Positions 51,560-63,689 of a stretch of DNA of 64,000 nt are shown here, piece after piece. Position numbers and translations under genes: made by a program. The stretch is from Carcharhinus longimanus (Eukaryota): the NCBI GenBank assembly GCA_030264375.1, contig JASCQW010000105.1, positions 28,977,187-29,041,186 of the forward strand, written 5' to 3'. Position 1 is the first letter of the stretch; every line of letters starts with the position of its first letter. The notes under the pieces were generated by a model. It did not search any database, was not told the DNA's origin, and saw only the letters and a program-made list of their open reading frames with translations.

Positions 51560-53090
51560 CTTCAGTCCTTGATTTCTCAAATGAAATCAATTTTGTGTCA
51601 GCCTTGTTGCTTTCTGTTGTATATTGCACAGAAAACATTAATGTGGATTTGCAACTGGCAGTGATTACTGAAATAACTATTTGCATCACCTCAACAGAGA
51701 AAGCTGCTGAAGATTACATTCTGGAACTAAAAAACTCACTCATCACTATGGATATGGCACAAACTTAGAAATTAATCTTAGAGATATTTTTGCACGAGAC
51801 CCAGAAGACAATAAATTTGAGGCCAAACTCCTGAGGAAAGGGGTGGGGAGGTCCATCGGATTTTACTAAGATCCAGGTTATAGAAACCAAATTCACAATT
51901 TCGGAGGCAGGAATTTAGATGCTTCCATTGTTATAATAGTAACCAAATATTTAAATATCCCCATTTCCAAAGTGCGGCACTTGAGGGAAAGCCAGTCAGA
52001 GCTAGACAGCATGCAGAAGCAGAGGAAACGGTAATGCTCCAGATCAAGGTTGTGGTAGATCTCAAGCTAGTTCAGCAGCGTGGAGATCCAAGACTGCATG
52101 TACGATATGTGGAAACAGAAGATGATGTTATAGAGCAGGAAGATCAAGAGTTGCAGTCAAGAGTGGAAGAAAAGCAGCATGTGAAAGATGAGACTGGGTC
52201 GAAGACAGAATTCCAGTACCCACAACAGAAATTATTCACAACTTTCTTGCACCATTAAGACAGCTGCAGATGTGTCTCTTACGTCAGAAGGAAAGTACAA
52301 GTCTCCGAGTTAAATTCCCTTAAGTAAAACTGACTAGTCATTCCAATAACAATATTCCACTATTGGTGAAGTTGATGATTATTACTTACGTGGAGAAAAA
52401 CTGCAGCAGGCGACGGTGCAGAGGGACCTCGGGGTCCTTGTGCATGAGTCGNNNNNNNNNNNNNNNNNNNNNNNNNNNNNNNNNNNNNNNNNNNNNNNNN
52501 NNNNNNNNNNNNNNNNNNNNNNNNNNNNNNNNNNNNNNNNNNNNNNNNNNNATCAGCCATGATCTTATTGAATGGCGGGGCAGGCTCAAAGGGCTAGTTG
52601 GCCTACTCCTGCTCCTATTTCTTATGTTGAGTAGAAAACAATGATGCATCCTATTACTTGCTAAGAGTAATAGGCAGAAGGAACAATGTCTCAACAATGG
52701 AAAGGAACTGGTTTAAGAAAATCCTGTTTAGCTGAGCAGATATAGTATGTCTGACATCGACAGTACAAAATGATCTTTGAGAAAGGCAGACAAAATGATA
52801 AAATTAGGCATCACAAGGCCAAAGTCAAGATAAAGGACAATATACAGCTGATATTTTGCAAGGCTAGGCCAGTGGCTCATACAGAGCTGGAAGCAGGAAG
52901 AACTGGATTAGAAAGAACAGGGACAATTAAGATGATGAAAAGTTATGAAGTATGCCTCAGAATGAGAAACAATCCTATCAAAGTCCCTTTCCTTCCGTGG
53001 TCAAACACGAAGAAACTGGGAGTGAATGCTGAGTTATTAGAAGTGGAAGGCAAAAATAACTCCAGCAAGTGGATGAATGCTGAGTCTACG
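51560..53090 (+). mobile_element. Second, heavily deleted Gypsy-type element (gag Zn-knuckle, protease, RT N-terminus, integrase start)
   Basis: RCFHC..CGT.GK..CRS knuckle remnants (~51920-52020); KTAADVSLTSE resembling DTGA.VSLISE (~52255); AKVKIKDNIQLIFCKARPV..LERTGTIK; NPIKVPFLPW. A CR1 tail with a gap is inserted at ~52410-52625. Confidence 0.7.
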
Positions 53091-53099
53091 TCCAACAGT

Positions 53100-53410
53100 A
53101 CAAGCACAGTGCTAAGCACAGCTGCCTCACAGTGCCGGGTTCTATTCCAGTCTTGGGTGACTGTTGTGTGGAGTTTACACATTCTCGCCATGTCTGCATG
53201 GGTTTTCTCCCACAGTCCAAAGGTGTGGTTAAATGGACTGGCCATGCTAAATTGCCCCTATCATCTAATGATGTGTCAATAGGTGGATTAGCCATGGTAA
53301 ATTCAGAGGGTTACGAGGATAGGGCAGAAGGAAGGGATGCCCTTTCGGAGAGTTAGTATAGATTTGATGGGCCAGATAGTCTGTTTCTGCACTAAGGATT
53401 CTACAATTCA
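53100..53410 (+). mobile_element. HE1-like SINE
   Basis: CACAGTGCTAAGCACAGCTGCCTCACAG..GGGTTCTATTCC..TGTGTGGAGTTTACAC..GGCCATGCTAAATTGCCCC..GATTCTA. Confidence 0.75.
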
Positions 53411-55224
53411 ATGGTATTAAAATTATTGAGATTTTGGGAAGTTGGTTTGCAATTCATAGGTTGCCTGCGGTGTGAGTCAGAAATGGTTCACAGTCTACAT
53501 CAAGAGAGTTTGAAATGCTTCAGTAAAAATCAAGTTAAATATACTCTAATACAGCATCAACAGATTGTGAGATCTTTGCAAAAGTATTTGCTAGATGACA
53601 AGCTAGGCAGTAGTTTCCATGTTTCTCTTTAGCACAGGCTAGACAATTTTATGTTCTCTTAAAAGATAACCCCATAGTCTCAAAGAGTCTGCTCACCTAA
53701 TGAATTAGACAGTTCAGTGCTGGTCAGAAGATCAAAGCAGAAGCATGTGACTGGAGTTGTTGTAAAGAGTCTACCCACTGCAATCCACGTGACATAGCTT
53801 CATTGTGCTGTTAGGAAAAGAGTTCAACCCAATAAATAGCAAAGGAAGTCCAAGTGTGGATGGTGTAGGGTTTGGAATGGAATTTGCAGGATGTGGTGTT
53901 GCCATGTACCTGCTACCCTTGTCTTTTTAGGTGTTGAGAGCACAGGTTTGGAAGCTGCTGTTGGTGGAAGTTCAAGTTACTGCAATGCATCTTTTATATT
54001 GCGTACAGTGCTGCCATTGTGCCACCTCTTGCCAAATGATATAATTGTTAAACATATGACTACTAAGCAAAAATTTCTTTTAACTTGCAAGCAAATCTGT
54101 TAGATTTTCAGATGTTGCTAATTGCTGCATTTTCTCCATGAATTTAATTGGTTCTGCAAAAATGTCATGAATGCTGACTATCTTTCCATTCTTTGACTCA
54201 ATGGAGAGCAATCATCATTTCACACTTCATTCCATGAAGAGCTTCATGGCTCAAACAATCAACTTCTATCTCTTCTTCCCTTTTCTATTTCAAGATCAAC
54301 ACCCCACACCACCCCCCCTCCCCAGACACATGCATTCTCGTGTAGTTCTATTGGGTTACTCAATAGCTATCCAGCTCAATTTTTGCTTTAACTCATTTCC
54401 AGTGTTTACATCAATCCTCCTCAACCTCCTACAACAATTCAGTTGTCTCCCCAATTCAACTCTTCAAAGTTGTGGGAGGTAAATTTCTCTCTCCAGTGCT
54501 TGTTTTTTTAAATTTCTGGGATGTTTGTTTCCTCCCTTTCCTTCACTTTTTACCAGCTTTGTCACCTGTTATTTTTTAACCCTTTACCAGATTCAGGATT
54601 TGTCCGACACTTTTCAAATACTTCCTTTAGCTAACACCAACCATTTACGCATTCTTTAATTATTTTGTAATTAGTCACTCAGTCGGAACCTCAACTCAGC
54701 TTGTCTTTCAACTCCTCCAAATTCTACTTTCTCGTATACGTACCATGCTTTATTCAAAATAAAATCTTTGATCACATTCAAATTGTGATCAGAATCAATA
54801 CCTGCACCAGTAAATCTTATTATTTCTGTACCTGTTTCAGGATGTAGCCATAGGACTGATTACATGTAATACTTTTGCGTGAAGTGGAAAAAAATCTGCC
54901 ATAACCCCTTCCCCAATCCCAACCCCACACAGCCAACCAGACAGTTCTACAGACTGGCATAAGAAGCCAAATTTTGGTGAAGTGTCCCAATCCTAGCAGA
55001 GGAAAAATGCAATAAATAGAATTTTATGTTATTTGGATTTTTCATCCGAAGAGTCAGCTGCATGATCAGAAATTTAATACTTCAAACTTATCCAATAGAC
55101 ACTGTGCTACTGTTAGATACAAATCCTACTTTGTATAATTCCTACAGGATCTCAACTAAGGCGCTCAAGGCTGTACAAGAACAAATGATAGTGTATTTAT
55201 TGGAATACATGGGATTAAGAAGAA

Positions 55225-55680
55225 TAGAAAGGCACAGAAACAGGCCATTTAGCCCAATGAGTCCACACTGCTTTTATGCTCCATTTAAACCTCTTCCCAT
55301 CTTTCCTCATTTACATCTACTATCACAACCCTTCTCCTTCAAAGTTTGTCTTGCTTGCCATAAAATGAATTTTATTTGCTTCAATCATTCCCTGTGGTCA
55401 TGAGTCCACATCCTTACCACTCTTGGAGAAAGAAATTTCTTCCAAATTCCCTATTAAATTTCTTGGTGACTATCTTATATTGATAGCCTTATAAACATTT
55501 TTTCTTCTTCCACTCAATCAAAACCTGTCATAATTCTCAATACCTCTGTTTAGTCACCCCTCAGCTTTCTTTTGTCTAATGAAAAAGACCCAATCTGTCA
55601 ATCCTTTCCTTCTTCTGAATTTCCAAACATTTCTGCTATCATCCGTGCAAATTTTTTCTGCACCCTTCCCAATACTTTTA
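55225..55680 (-). mobile_element. CR1-like 3' fragment
   Basis: GGCACAGAAACAGGCCATTTAGCCC..TTCCACA..ACCACTCT..AAATTTCTT..TTTTTCTGCACCCTT pattern. Confidence 0.55.
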
Positions 55681-56754
55681 TATACTGTAAATCCATTCAA
55701 CCACTTCTGACATTACTTCTTTGCACAGGAGCAACCATAATTAAATGGTTTACTCATTGTCACATGTACCTTTAAAAGGAATGCCAAAGTCTCCACAATG
55801 CAAGGTTATGAGAATTGAGAAGTCTCTTAGTGCAGTATTCCTATTCACAAATTTAAGTCGGTTTACTCAATTAAAACATATTGCCAAAAAATTAGCTTCA
55901 ATCATTAGAAACGATTGAGGGTAAACCATCTGACAAATTGCAAAAAGATAGGTATAGCAAACAACTGTAAACCCATTCTACGCTTTAAAACCATATTTTC
56001 TGCCAAGATTTCATTAATATAATTGGAAACTCTGATTATGTTCTCTATGTTACATAACTCTAGTTATGTTCTCATGAAAAGATGAGAAATGCGATCCAGA
56101 CACTCCAAACTAAAGAAATGTGACAGCACCCTATGCTCCCTCAAGTCTTGCAGTTTACTTCTACATTAACAGATTCTCAAAGCCATGTGACATAAGTAGG
56201 TTCCAAGAGGCAAAAGTAGGAAATAAGGGAAAATAAAACATACGGCACCTTATTTCCATCCTGCTTCCAGTTGCATTCATAAAGACAGAAAAATAGGTTT
56301 TCAATCTTTGTGATGCATGGCTATTCCAAAAAGAAAGACAAACCTGTCATTTCACATACCTTTTCACTATTGGCAATGCAATTTCAAATTGCACTTAGTT
56401 GATAAAGACTTTGATGTTGTAAATATTGTGTGAATGTTAAGAAATGAAAGATCTTTATATTTCAAAATCACACAAGGTTCATATTGAACCTTGTAAAATT
56501 TCTAGTACATTTAGAATGTTAATTCAGAATTTTGACTAGCATTCTCTACATACATTTTCCTCAAGATTCTGACAACATGTAATCAACAACTCGAATCTGA
56601 AACCCATCCGTCAAAGTTTAATTTCCATAAGAATGCTTTTGCAACATCAAAACTTATTTTCCAAATTACAGTGAAAGGGTCAATAACAATTAACTCTAAA
56701 TATATATGCAGTTACCATACAAATAATCTAATCACAATATTGAGAACAGTCATC

Positions 56755-56840
56755 CAGACTCAAAACATTAGCTGTGTTCTCTCTCCACAGATACTGTCAG
56801 ACCTGCTGAGATTTTCCAGCATTTTCTGCTTCTGAACACA
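56755..56840 (+). mobile_element. Half copy of the fold-back element
   Basis: AAACATTAGCTGTGTTCTCTCTCCACAGATACTGTCAGACCTGCTGAGATTTTCCAGCATTTTCTG. Confidence 0.65.
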
Positions 56841-58169
56841 ATGCTGACTGCTAACGCAAATCATTGCCATTACCAAATACATTTTGCACATGCTTCCCAG
56901 TTCATTAGCACACAGCCAGCACACTATGGAATAAATCATATTTTAAAGTAGATTTGGCAAATCTCACCAGGTTACACTGTCAGTTGCATCATCATGATTA
57001 ATGACCGTAGTTCTATAGTCTAACCTAACCTCAAGGTGGATACTCATTTTGCTGAAAAAAAATCCATAATTATTTGTTCAACACGATGCTAAATTTCAGA
57101 TTTCACTGAATACAAATAACACCTCTAAATAACCTTTCCCAAATGACAATCAGTTTGAAATGTCAGTGCTCAAAAAATGGTAGGAGTTGCTACACGCCGA
57201 TTATGTTTAATTAACTCCCAGGATCGGTCTGTTTTAGACTGTATTTTTGAAGTATTAGAACCGGGCGCCAAACGCACCACCACTTCAGAAACCAACACAT
57301 TTTTTAATACTATTCTTGCAGCATTCGTTTACTCTTTTGCAATTAACACAAACGAAACAGCAAGCTCGGAATCTTCACAGTTCTGCTTAAATGTTGCTCA
57401 ATACGTTTGATTTCTAAAAAGAAAACTGGAAACAGGGACGTGACTAGATTATTTGGGGTTGCGTGTAGTACTCCTGGCATTTTCACAAAATGAAAACGTC
57501 TAGAAATAATTAACATGTACAATTCGCTCTTCATATTAAGTAACAGCAATCAGAGAGAAAGAAAAGAGGACTTGCCGCTTCCTTGCAATGGTCCAAAAAA
57601 ACACTTGTATCAGATTACACTTAATATTCTCTCCAACAACCCCCTCCCCCGGGCCCAATCCACCCTGCAACAGAGGAGCTGGGAAAAAAAAGGGGAAGGA
57701 AAGCAAATAAACCATCATCCCACCACGTTTTATCCCTGCAACACCCCCATGGTCCAAGAATCACCAGGCAATCAGGAGCAGGAATCACCGCCACAATAAC
57801 ATGCAACAAATAACCTCATAAAGTCCCCTCACCTCCCCTGACTTTACTTTTAATGTACAGCAGAAATCCAAGGGAACTGTGCTGCTTGATAGCAAATAGT
57901 TTAAAAGGCTGAGCACCAAAATGAGTTACCATAGTAGACGGGGGGGCGGGGGGGGGGGGGTGGAGGAGGAGAAGGGAGAAAAGCTTNNNNNNNNNNNNNN
58001 NNNNNNNNNNNNNNNNNNNNNNNNNNNNNNNNNNNNNNNNNNNNNNNNNNNNNNNNNNNNNNNNNNNNNNNNNNNNNNNNNNNNNNGGAGAAGGGAGACA
58101 AGCTTGCAGCAAACAGTGCCTCGAATAACAGGAGACAGTTAATCCCCTGGCTGCAGGCAGAGCCATTGC

Positions 58170-58830
58170 AGGGGCTGGGAAGCCAAGCCGCTTACCTCAT
58201 CTCGGGGAGGGCTAGCGGAGGGAAGAGTCGCTCACTCAGCCCAGGGTTCAGGGCCTCCCCCTCCGTCTACCCCTATCAGCCGAGCTGTCTTGTCGATCCG
58301 CCGGCGAGCGAGTGCAAGGAAAGGAAAGGCAAGGGGCCACCCCCCTCTCTCTGCTCGTTGCCTAGTGTCTGAAGCTAACACACCCTCTCCCTCTCTCTGT
58401 ACGTTAGCCAACGCGCCCAGACAACCAAACCCGACAACGGAAACCCGATCCCCGCCCCCTCCAGCCACCAACTCGCTGATTGACAAGCGGTCTAACCTAT
58501 CAGAATGCACAGTGCCGTCCACCTCGGCTGGAAGATGACCAATCAAAGACGGCTCCCATCTGCCACTAAGCTTGGCTGTATCCCACCCCCGTGCCCCCCA
58601 CCTGCTGGAAACTCGCCGCGCAACCCAACCTGCTGAGAGTTCAGCACGCCGGAAGCCCCACCCACTCCGACTGATTGACAGCAGCGCCGACCATAGAACG
58701 TGCGGATTGTCCCGTCGCTCTGCAGCAATGAGCGAATCGAAAGTGACTGGAGGGGCGGTGCTTCGCTTCCCGACATTGCCATCAAGTTGGGTTGACTCAG
58801 TGACCATGGCGACGCTCAGGCTGCGTTTGG
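58170..58830. promoter_or_regulatory. CpG-island promoter of ITSN1, possibly bidirectional
   Basis: Sharp local rise in GC and CpG. GC boxes (CCCCGCCCC ~58450, GGGGCGG ~58752), CCAAT ~58539, TGATTGACA twice (58477, 58672), AP-1 TGACTCA 58793, X-box-like GTGACCATGGCGAC 58800. Confidence 0.85.
58196..58440 (-). other. ITSN1: ITSN1 non-coding exon 1 (3' end exact, 5' end estimated)
   Basis: Strong donor CCCCGAGATGAG|gtaagc at the edge of the only CpG island in the window; the 3' end resembles the human exon 1 end (...ggagatgag) as recalled. Confidence 0.8.
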
Positions 58831-59419
58831 CTTTAAATTAAGGGGGGCATTTAACTTCACTTCTCATCACCACTCCCATTCTCTCTGTGTTGTGGTAGCG
58901 TATCGTTCCTATCAGATTGAACAATTTACGTTCTAGATTTAAAACAGTTACTTTAGAGATTAAGGAAATTGGATGAAGTAGAGAGTTACCCACGGTAGTA
59001 AGTATGCTGTTTCCCTATTCCTACTCTCTTTTTTCCATGTACAAAGTATTCTGCTCACTTATTTGTTCCAAGTGTTTACTAATTGCCGCAAAGTAACGTT
59101 TTCTATGACATTTTATGTCAGCATGCGATTGCCAATGAAGTAATAATTGATATTCCCACTTTTGCACCATATATTTCTCATGTTTCTTCCCCCTGACCTT
59201 CAGTTTCAAGCTAAATGCGGTGTACAATACACCAGAATGTAAAATTCGTTAGTAAGTCTACACTTCAAGCTTTCTGGATAGAATATCACCATTCCAACAT
59301 CTAAAAACTAGGGAATACTTTACTTTTAGAACTGCCAAGTTTAATTGTTCACTTTGTACAAGTGTTGATGAAAGCAAATAAAGTGTTCGAAGGTGTACCC
59401 CTAATGGTATGCTAATGTC

Positions 59420-59575
59420 CTTTAGGAAAGGAAATCTGCTACCCTTACCTGGTCTGGCCTATATGTGACTCCAAACCCACAGCAACGTGGTTGACTTTGA
59501 ACAAGGACAACTAGAAAAGGGCAATAAATGCTGGCCGGCCAGTGATGCCCATGTCCCATGAATGAATTTTTTTTA
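59420..59575 (+). mobile_element. DeuSINE-like 3' part
   Basis: AGGAAATCTGCTACCCTTACCTGGTCTGGCCTATATGTGACTCCAAACCCACAGCAA..GGGCAATAAATGCTGGCC. Confidence 0.7.
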
Positions 59576-59874
59576 AAGTATGATTTACAAGAGGTTGATG
59601 TTATGTTTAGCCTGGCAAGTCTATACTGAGTTTTGTGTTCACTTTTCATTACCATATTAAAGAAGACATAGAATTATTGGAGGATGTGGAGAGGAGGTGT
59701 ATGAGGCTGATGCATGAATTTAGAGGTCTCAGTTAGGATGAAAGATTCTTTACTCATGTAACTTTCTGAAGACCCAAATGAGCATGAATTTTGACACAGG
59801 CCTTGAAGGCCTTCATGCTGATGGAGAATTTTGATTCAGGAAAATTATTTTGTTAGTTATAGGATTTAAGTACC

Positions 59875-60490
59875 AGGGACGCAGTGGTTAGCGCTGCTGC
59901 CTCTCAGCGCCAGCGACCTGGGTTCGATTCTGGCCTTGGATTACTGCCTATGAGGAGTTTGCACATTTTACTTGTGCCTGTGGGTGCTCCAGTTTCCTTC
60001 CACAGTTGGAAAAACGTATATGTTAGGTGGATTGGCCATGCTGTATTGTCCCTTAGTGTCAGGGGGACTAGGTAGGGTCAATCCATAGGGTTAGAACATA
60101 GAACACTACAGCACAAACAAGCCCTTCGGCCCACAAGTTGCACCAATCACATCAATACCTACCAATCCATAAACCTATCTATNNNNNNNNNNNNNNNNNN
60201 NNNNNNNNNNNNNNNNNNNNNNNNNNNNNNNNNNNNNNNNNNNNNNNNNNNNNNNNNNNNNNNNNNNNNNNNNNNNNNNNNNAGACCCATCCACAACCAC
60301 TCTCTGCCTTCTGCAGGCAAGCCAGTTCTGGATCCACAAGGCCAAAGCCCCTTGGATCCTATGCCCTCTCACCTTCTCAAGAAGTCTTGCATGGGGGACC
60401 TTATCAAACACCACCGATGGAGCCTGGGTGGGATTTTGACTGGTACCAACTCTATGGGTCGAATGGCCTTCTTCTGCATTTTATGATTCT
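59875..60490 (+). mobile_element. HE1-like SINE with a nested antisense CR1 fragment (60093-60415)
   Basis: SINE head GCAGTGGTTAGCGCTGCTGCC..GGTTCGATTC; minus-strand CR1 RT VFDKVPHARLLEKVRGHRIQG..WIQNWLACRRQRVVVDG with tail AGAACATAGAAC; the SINE tail resumes after 60416. Confidence 0.8.
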
Positions 60491-61119
60491 GGGATCAATG
60501 GTCTATGACACAACAGGCCACCAAATGAAAATTGGAACTTGCACAACTTTTGTGAGCTAGATGGACTTGTTGATATAAAATCGATGGAGTTGGCAGAACA
60601 GAAATAAGAAAAAGTTTTTGTTTAGTGCTTTTTACAATCTCAGAATATCCCAAAGCACTTTATCTCGGAAGTATTGTCACTGTTGTATTTAGAAACTTTG
60701 GCAGTCAATTGGTAAACTGTAAAGTTCCATGAGGGACCAGTTTGCTGAGTTGGCTAGATAATGAGGGTGTGGTGCAGAATAATACCAACAGTATGGGTTC
60801 AATCAGTACCAATTCTTGGAACCTGCCTTCCCACCTTGCCTCATAATAACATATTGGCATAAACCATGATGAACAACCCTTGGACAACAAGGGGGCTTCA
60901 TGAGGAGAGAAACCACAAACAAAGATGAGATAATGAGTAGATATTGGCTGAGGGATAAATGTTGGTACTGTTTTAAAGTTATTGTTTTTTTAATAGGATT
61001 ATTAGCCTAATTCTAGTTTCAGCTGGTATTCACACACATCCCAATTGCTGTCCTAGCTAAAATCAGTTCTCTGACGTGAAAACTGCATTCTGCAATATAT
61101 TTCTTCCGATTTTAAATCA

Positions 61120-61255
61120 GGAGCATGGGAACCTTGCAGGAAAGTGGAATTGAAGCCAAGATCAAATCAGCTATGATCTGATTGAATGGCAAAGCAGATG
61201 CAAAGGGGTGGGGGGGTGCATATGGCCTATTCCTGCTGCTTTTCATATGTTCTTA
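61120..61255 (+). mobile_element. CR1 3' UTR
   Basis: GGAAAGTGGAATTGA..ATCAGCTATGATCTGATTGAATGGC..GGCCTATTCCTGCT..TATGTTCTT. Confidence 0.65.
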
Positions 61256-62019
61256 AATTTATGCTCGCTATTTTGAATCTAATGATTCCATTTGTGGACT
61301 GAAAGTCCTATTTGCCCTTTAAATTGCTGTTGTGCTCAATTTAAAAAAAACTATTGTTATTGTAAATGTATATTGACAAAGTGGTCTGTAATTGAGATTA
61401 ATCTGTGCCCAATCCTGTGACTGGACTGCAAATGTACTAGCTCTGTTCTTTATCTTGGCAGCTAACCAGAAAAAATCTGTACTGGAGTTTAGGCTCCACT
61501 GTAAATTGACATTAGGTGATAACCATTTTAAGTATCATCATCACATAAGATTTCAGAATATTATACCCCAGCCTTTAAAATGTGAGACAAAGCTGCGTCC
61601 TGTTCACCTTAATCATACATTTGCTTTAGTTAAAATGGTGACTTATAGTCAGCCATAATACCTTGAACTAGCACATCTGTACCTCCATTCAAGTGGTTAT
61701 TTTTCATAATATATCTCAACATGACTGTAGCTAATTATTCAACTCTGAGTAAAGAATCATATCCAAACACTGTCTTGTTCTCGCCAGTGTCTATAAATTC
61801 TCACTTTACGCAACAAAATACCATGAGTAGCAGCAGTCTTGCTGCGCATCCAATGCAGCTAATATTGTTGGCTGTTATGCTGCATCCAAATATATATTTT
61901 TTCAGAATAATAAATAGTGACAAAAGACATGGAAATAAGTATTTTTAGCTGCCTCCCCATAAAATATTAAAGAATTGTGCAGTAATTCTGTAGAATACTT
62001 AAGAATGGAAAATGCATGA

Positions 62020-62650
62020 AATGCTAAACAGACCAGGTAGCACTGGCAGAAAGACTTGCATCTATGTAGCACCCTTCAAAACCATGGGGTATCTTGAGTG
62101 CTTTGGCAGCCAATGAAGTTCTCTTGCAGTGTAGCCACTGTGGTGATGTTAGAAATGTGGTAGCCATAGTAATCTCAGACAAACAATAATGTGATCATGA
62201 TCTGATAATCCCTTTTTGTGATGTTGATTGGGGAATGAATAGTGATAAAGACACTGGGGATAATTCCTCTGCTGCTCTTTGAAGTAGAGACAGGGCATCA
62301 TTTGCAACGGCCTGAGAGGGTAGATAGATTCATCATCTCATCAAAACAGTGACATTGCCAATAATGCAGTACTCCATCAATACTGAAGTGGAATATTAGT
62401 CTTGATTTCTATCCTCAAGTATTCGGGTGGGTTGTGAACCCCCAGTCTTGGCGAGGGTGCTACCAACAGGGCCATCTATGGCTAACAGTGAAATAATGTT
62501 AACGCTTCAGGTTGATGACCTTTTGGCATTGACCTGACATGTTGACTCTGTTTGCCTCTTCACTGAGTTGGCTGCTGCCTGACGAGCTTGAGTATTTCTA
62601 GCATCTTCTATTTTTCCAGATTTCCAGCATTAGTTGTATTTTGCTTGCCT
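62020..62650. mobile_element. Fold-back element interrupted by an old L2-tailed SINE (62050-62470)
   Basis: Left arm AAATGCTAAACAGACCAGGTAGCA; right part AATGTTAACG..GACCTGACATGTTGACTCTG..GAGTATTTCTAGCATCTT. Confidence 0.5.
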
Positions 62651-63030
62651 GTAGTGTATGATTCTTCTTTGAATTCTGATTGCAAAACACCCACCTGTTG
62701 CTGCAGCATTGTAATTTTTTTATTCCATACCAGTATAACTTACTTAATGAGGTAGCTAATTCCACTGTGATTCCTGCTGCGTTACCAGCATTTTGTGCTG
62801 TAGAGTCCATCCACAAAGAATGAGGTTGACACTGCCCTAACAAATGATTGCTAGAAAAGAAAGCTGAAAATTGGAAGATGATAAAGCTCCTTCTGTAAAG
62901 TAAAAATGGCTTGATTAACATTTGGTTTTCAGTTCTGGGGAAGGATTTGGTGCCCAAAGCTGACTCACCTGTACTTTTCTAGAATATTGTGTATTCTTTT
63001 TGTTTATTGTTTCCATTTACATATCCAGTT

Positions 63031-63113
63031 TTATTTTTATTATTTTTATTATTTTTATTATTTTTATTATTTTTATTATTTTTATTATTTTTATTATTTT
63101 TATTATTTTTATT
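63031..63113 (+). repeat. 9-bp tandem repeat (TTATTTTTA)n, about 9 copies
   Basis: Directly visible perfect array. Confidence 0.9.
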
Positions 63114-63689
63114 GGCATTTCTTGCCTGTGTGTGCTGGAATGAATGAATCCTTATATACTATGTAAGTAACTTAAAAAGTTTCCAAAGTGGTAACATAAT
63201 GTTTAAATTACAATGGATTCCTGAAAATTATGCATCCAGCAGGGACCAGTTGTTTTAAACCTATAAAATAGAACTGGAAGCTTTCCTGGAGAAATCAAAA
63301 CATAATAAAAATCTGAGGGTTACTATCTGAAGTAATTTTTAAAAATAAATAAATGCATTTTCAGACCAGATCCAGCTGTGCCCCTGCCATTACTCCTGTA
63401 AACATTGGAATCAATATGGACGTTGTTGTTATTGTGCTAGAAATCTCCAGGTTACTGGATGAAATTATATTTTTGTAAATCGTTTTTCATCCCCAGTACT
63501 GCACTGTATTAACCTTTTTTTTTTATGCTTGATCTAAAGCTCAACAATATTTGCGCCTCCTCAACAATTTTAAAAATGTTATTTCATGTCCTTCATGCCT
63601 ATATGTGACCATTTATATTGGTGCAGTTTCACTGGTGATATCAGTCCCTGATGCATAATCTGAGGAATGTATGAGAGTACAGTGCGAGT

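Larger units (their letters stand above)
1..58440 (-). other. ITSN1: ITSN1 gene, 5' portion (exon 1 to intron 6); continues past the left edge
   Basis: Five GT-AG-bounded coding exons join in frame to [29 protein letters not shown]...[51 protein letters not shown]...[21 protein letters not shown], the recognisable ITSN1 N-terminus. The TSS position is only estimated. Confidence 0.95.

Noticed and set aside
58232-58807. 191-aa minus-strand ORF across the CpG island
   Set aside because: GTG start, no recognisable domain, expected stop-codon scarcity in GC-rich DNA; overlaps the promoter and 5' UTR.
58806-58841. Plus-strand ATG in strong Kozak context (MATLRLRLALN*) as the start of a divergent gene
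   Set aside because: Stops after 11 codons with no donor site before the stop; the ATG is the centre of an X-box-like palindrome.
62963-62985. Strong minus-strand donor ACAG|GTGAGT upstream of exon 1
   Set aside because: Isolated motif with no promoter features or plausible exon.
63365-63520. Possible CRYZL1 exon (VIVLE or MKLYF resemblance)
   Set aside because: Only a few residues match, no convincing donor, in-frame stops nearby.
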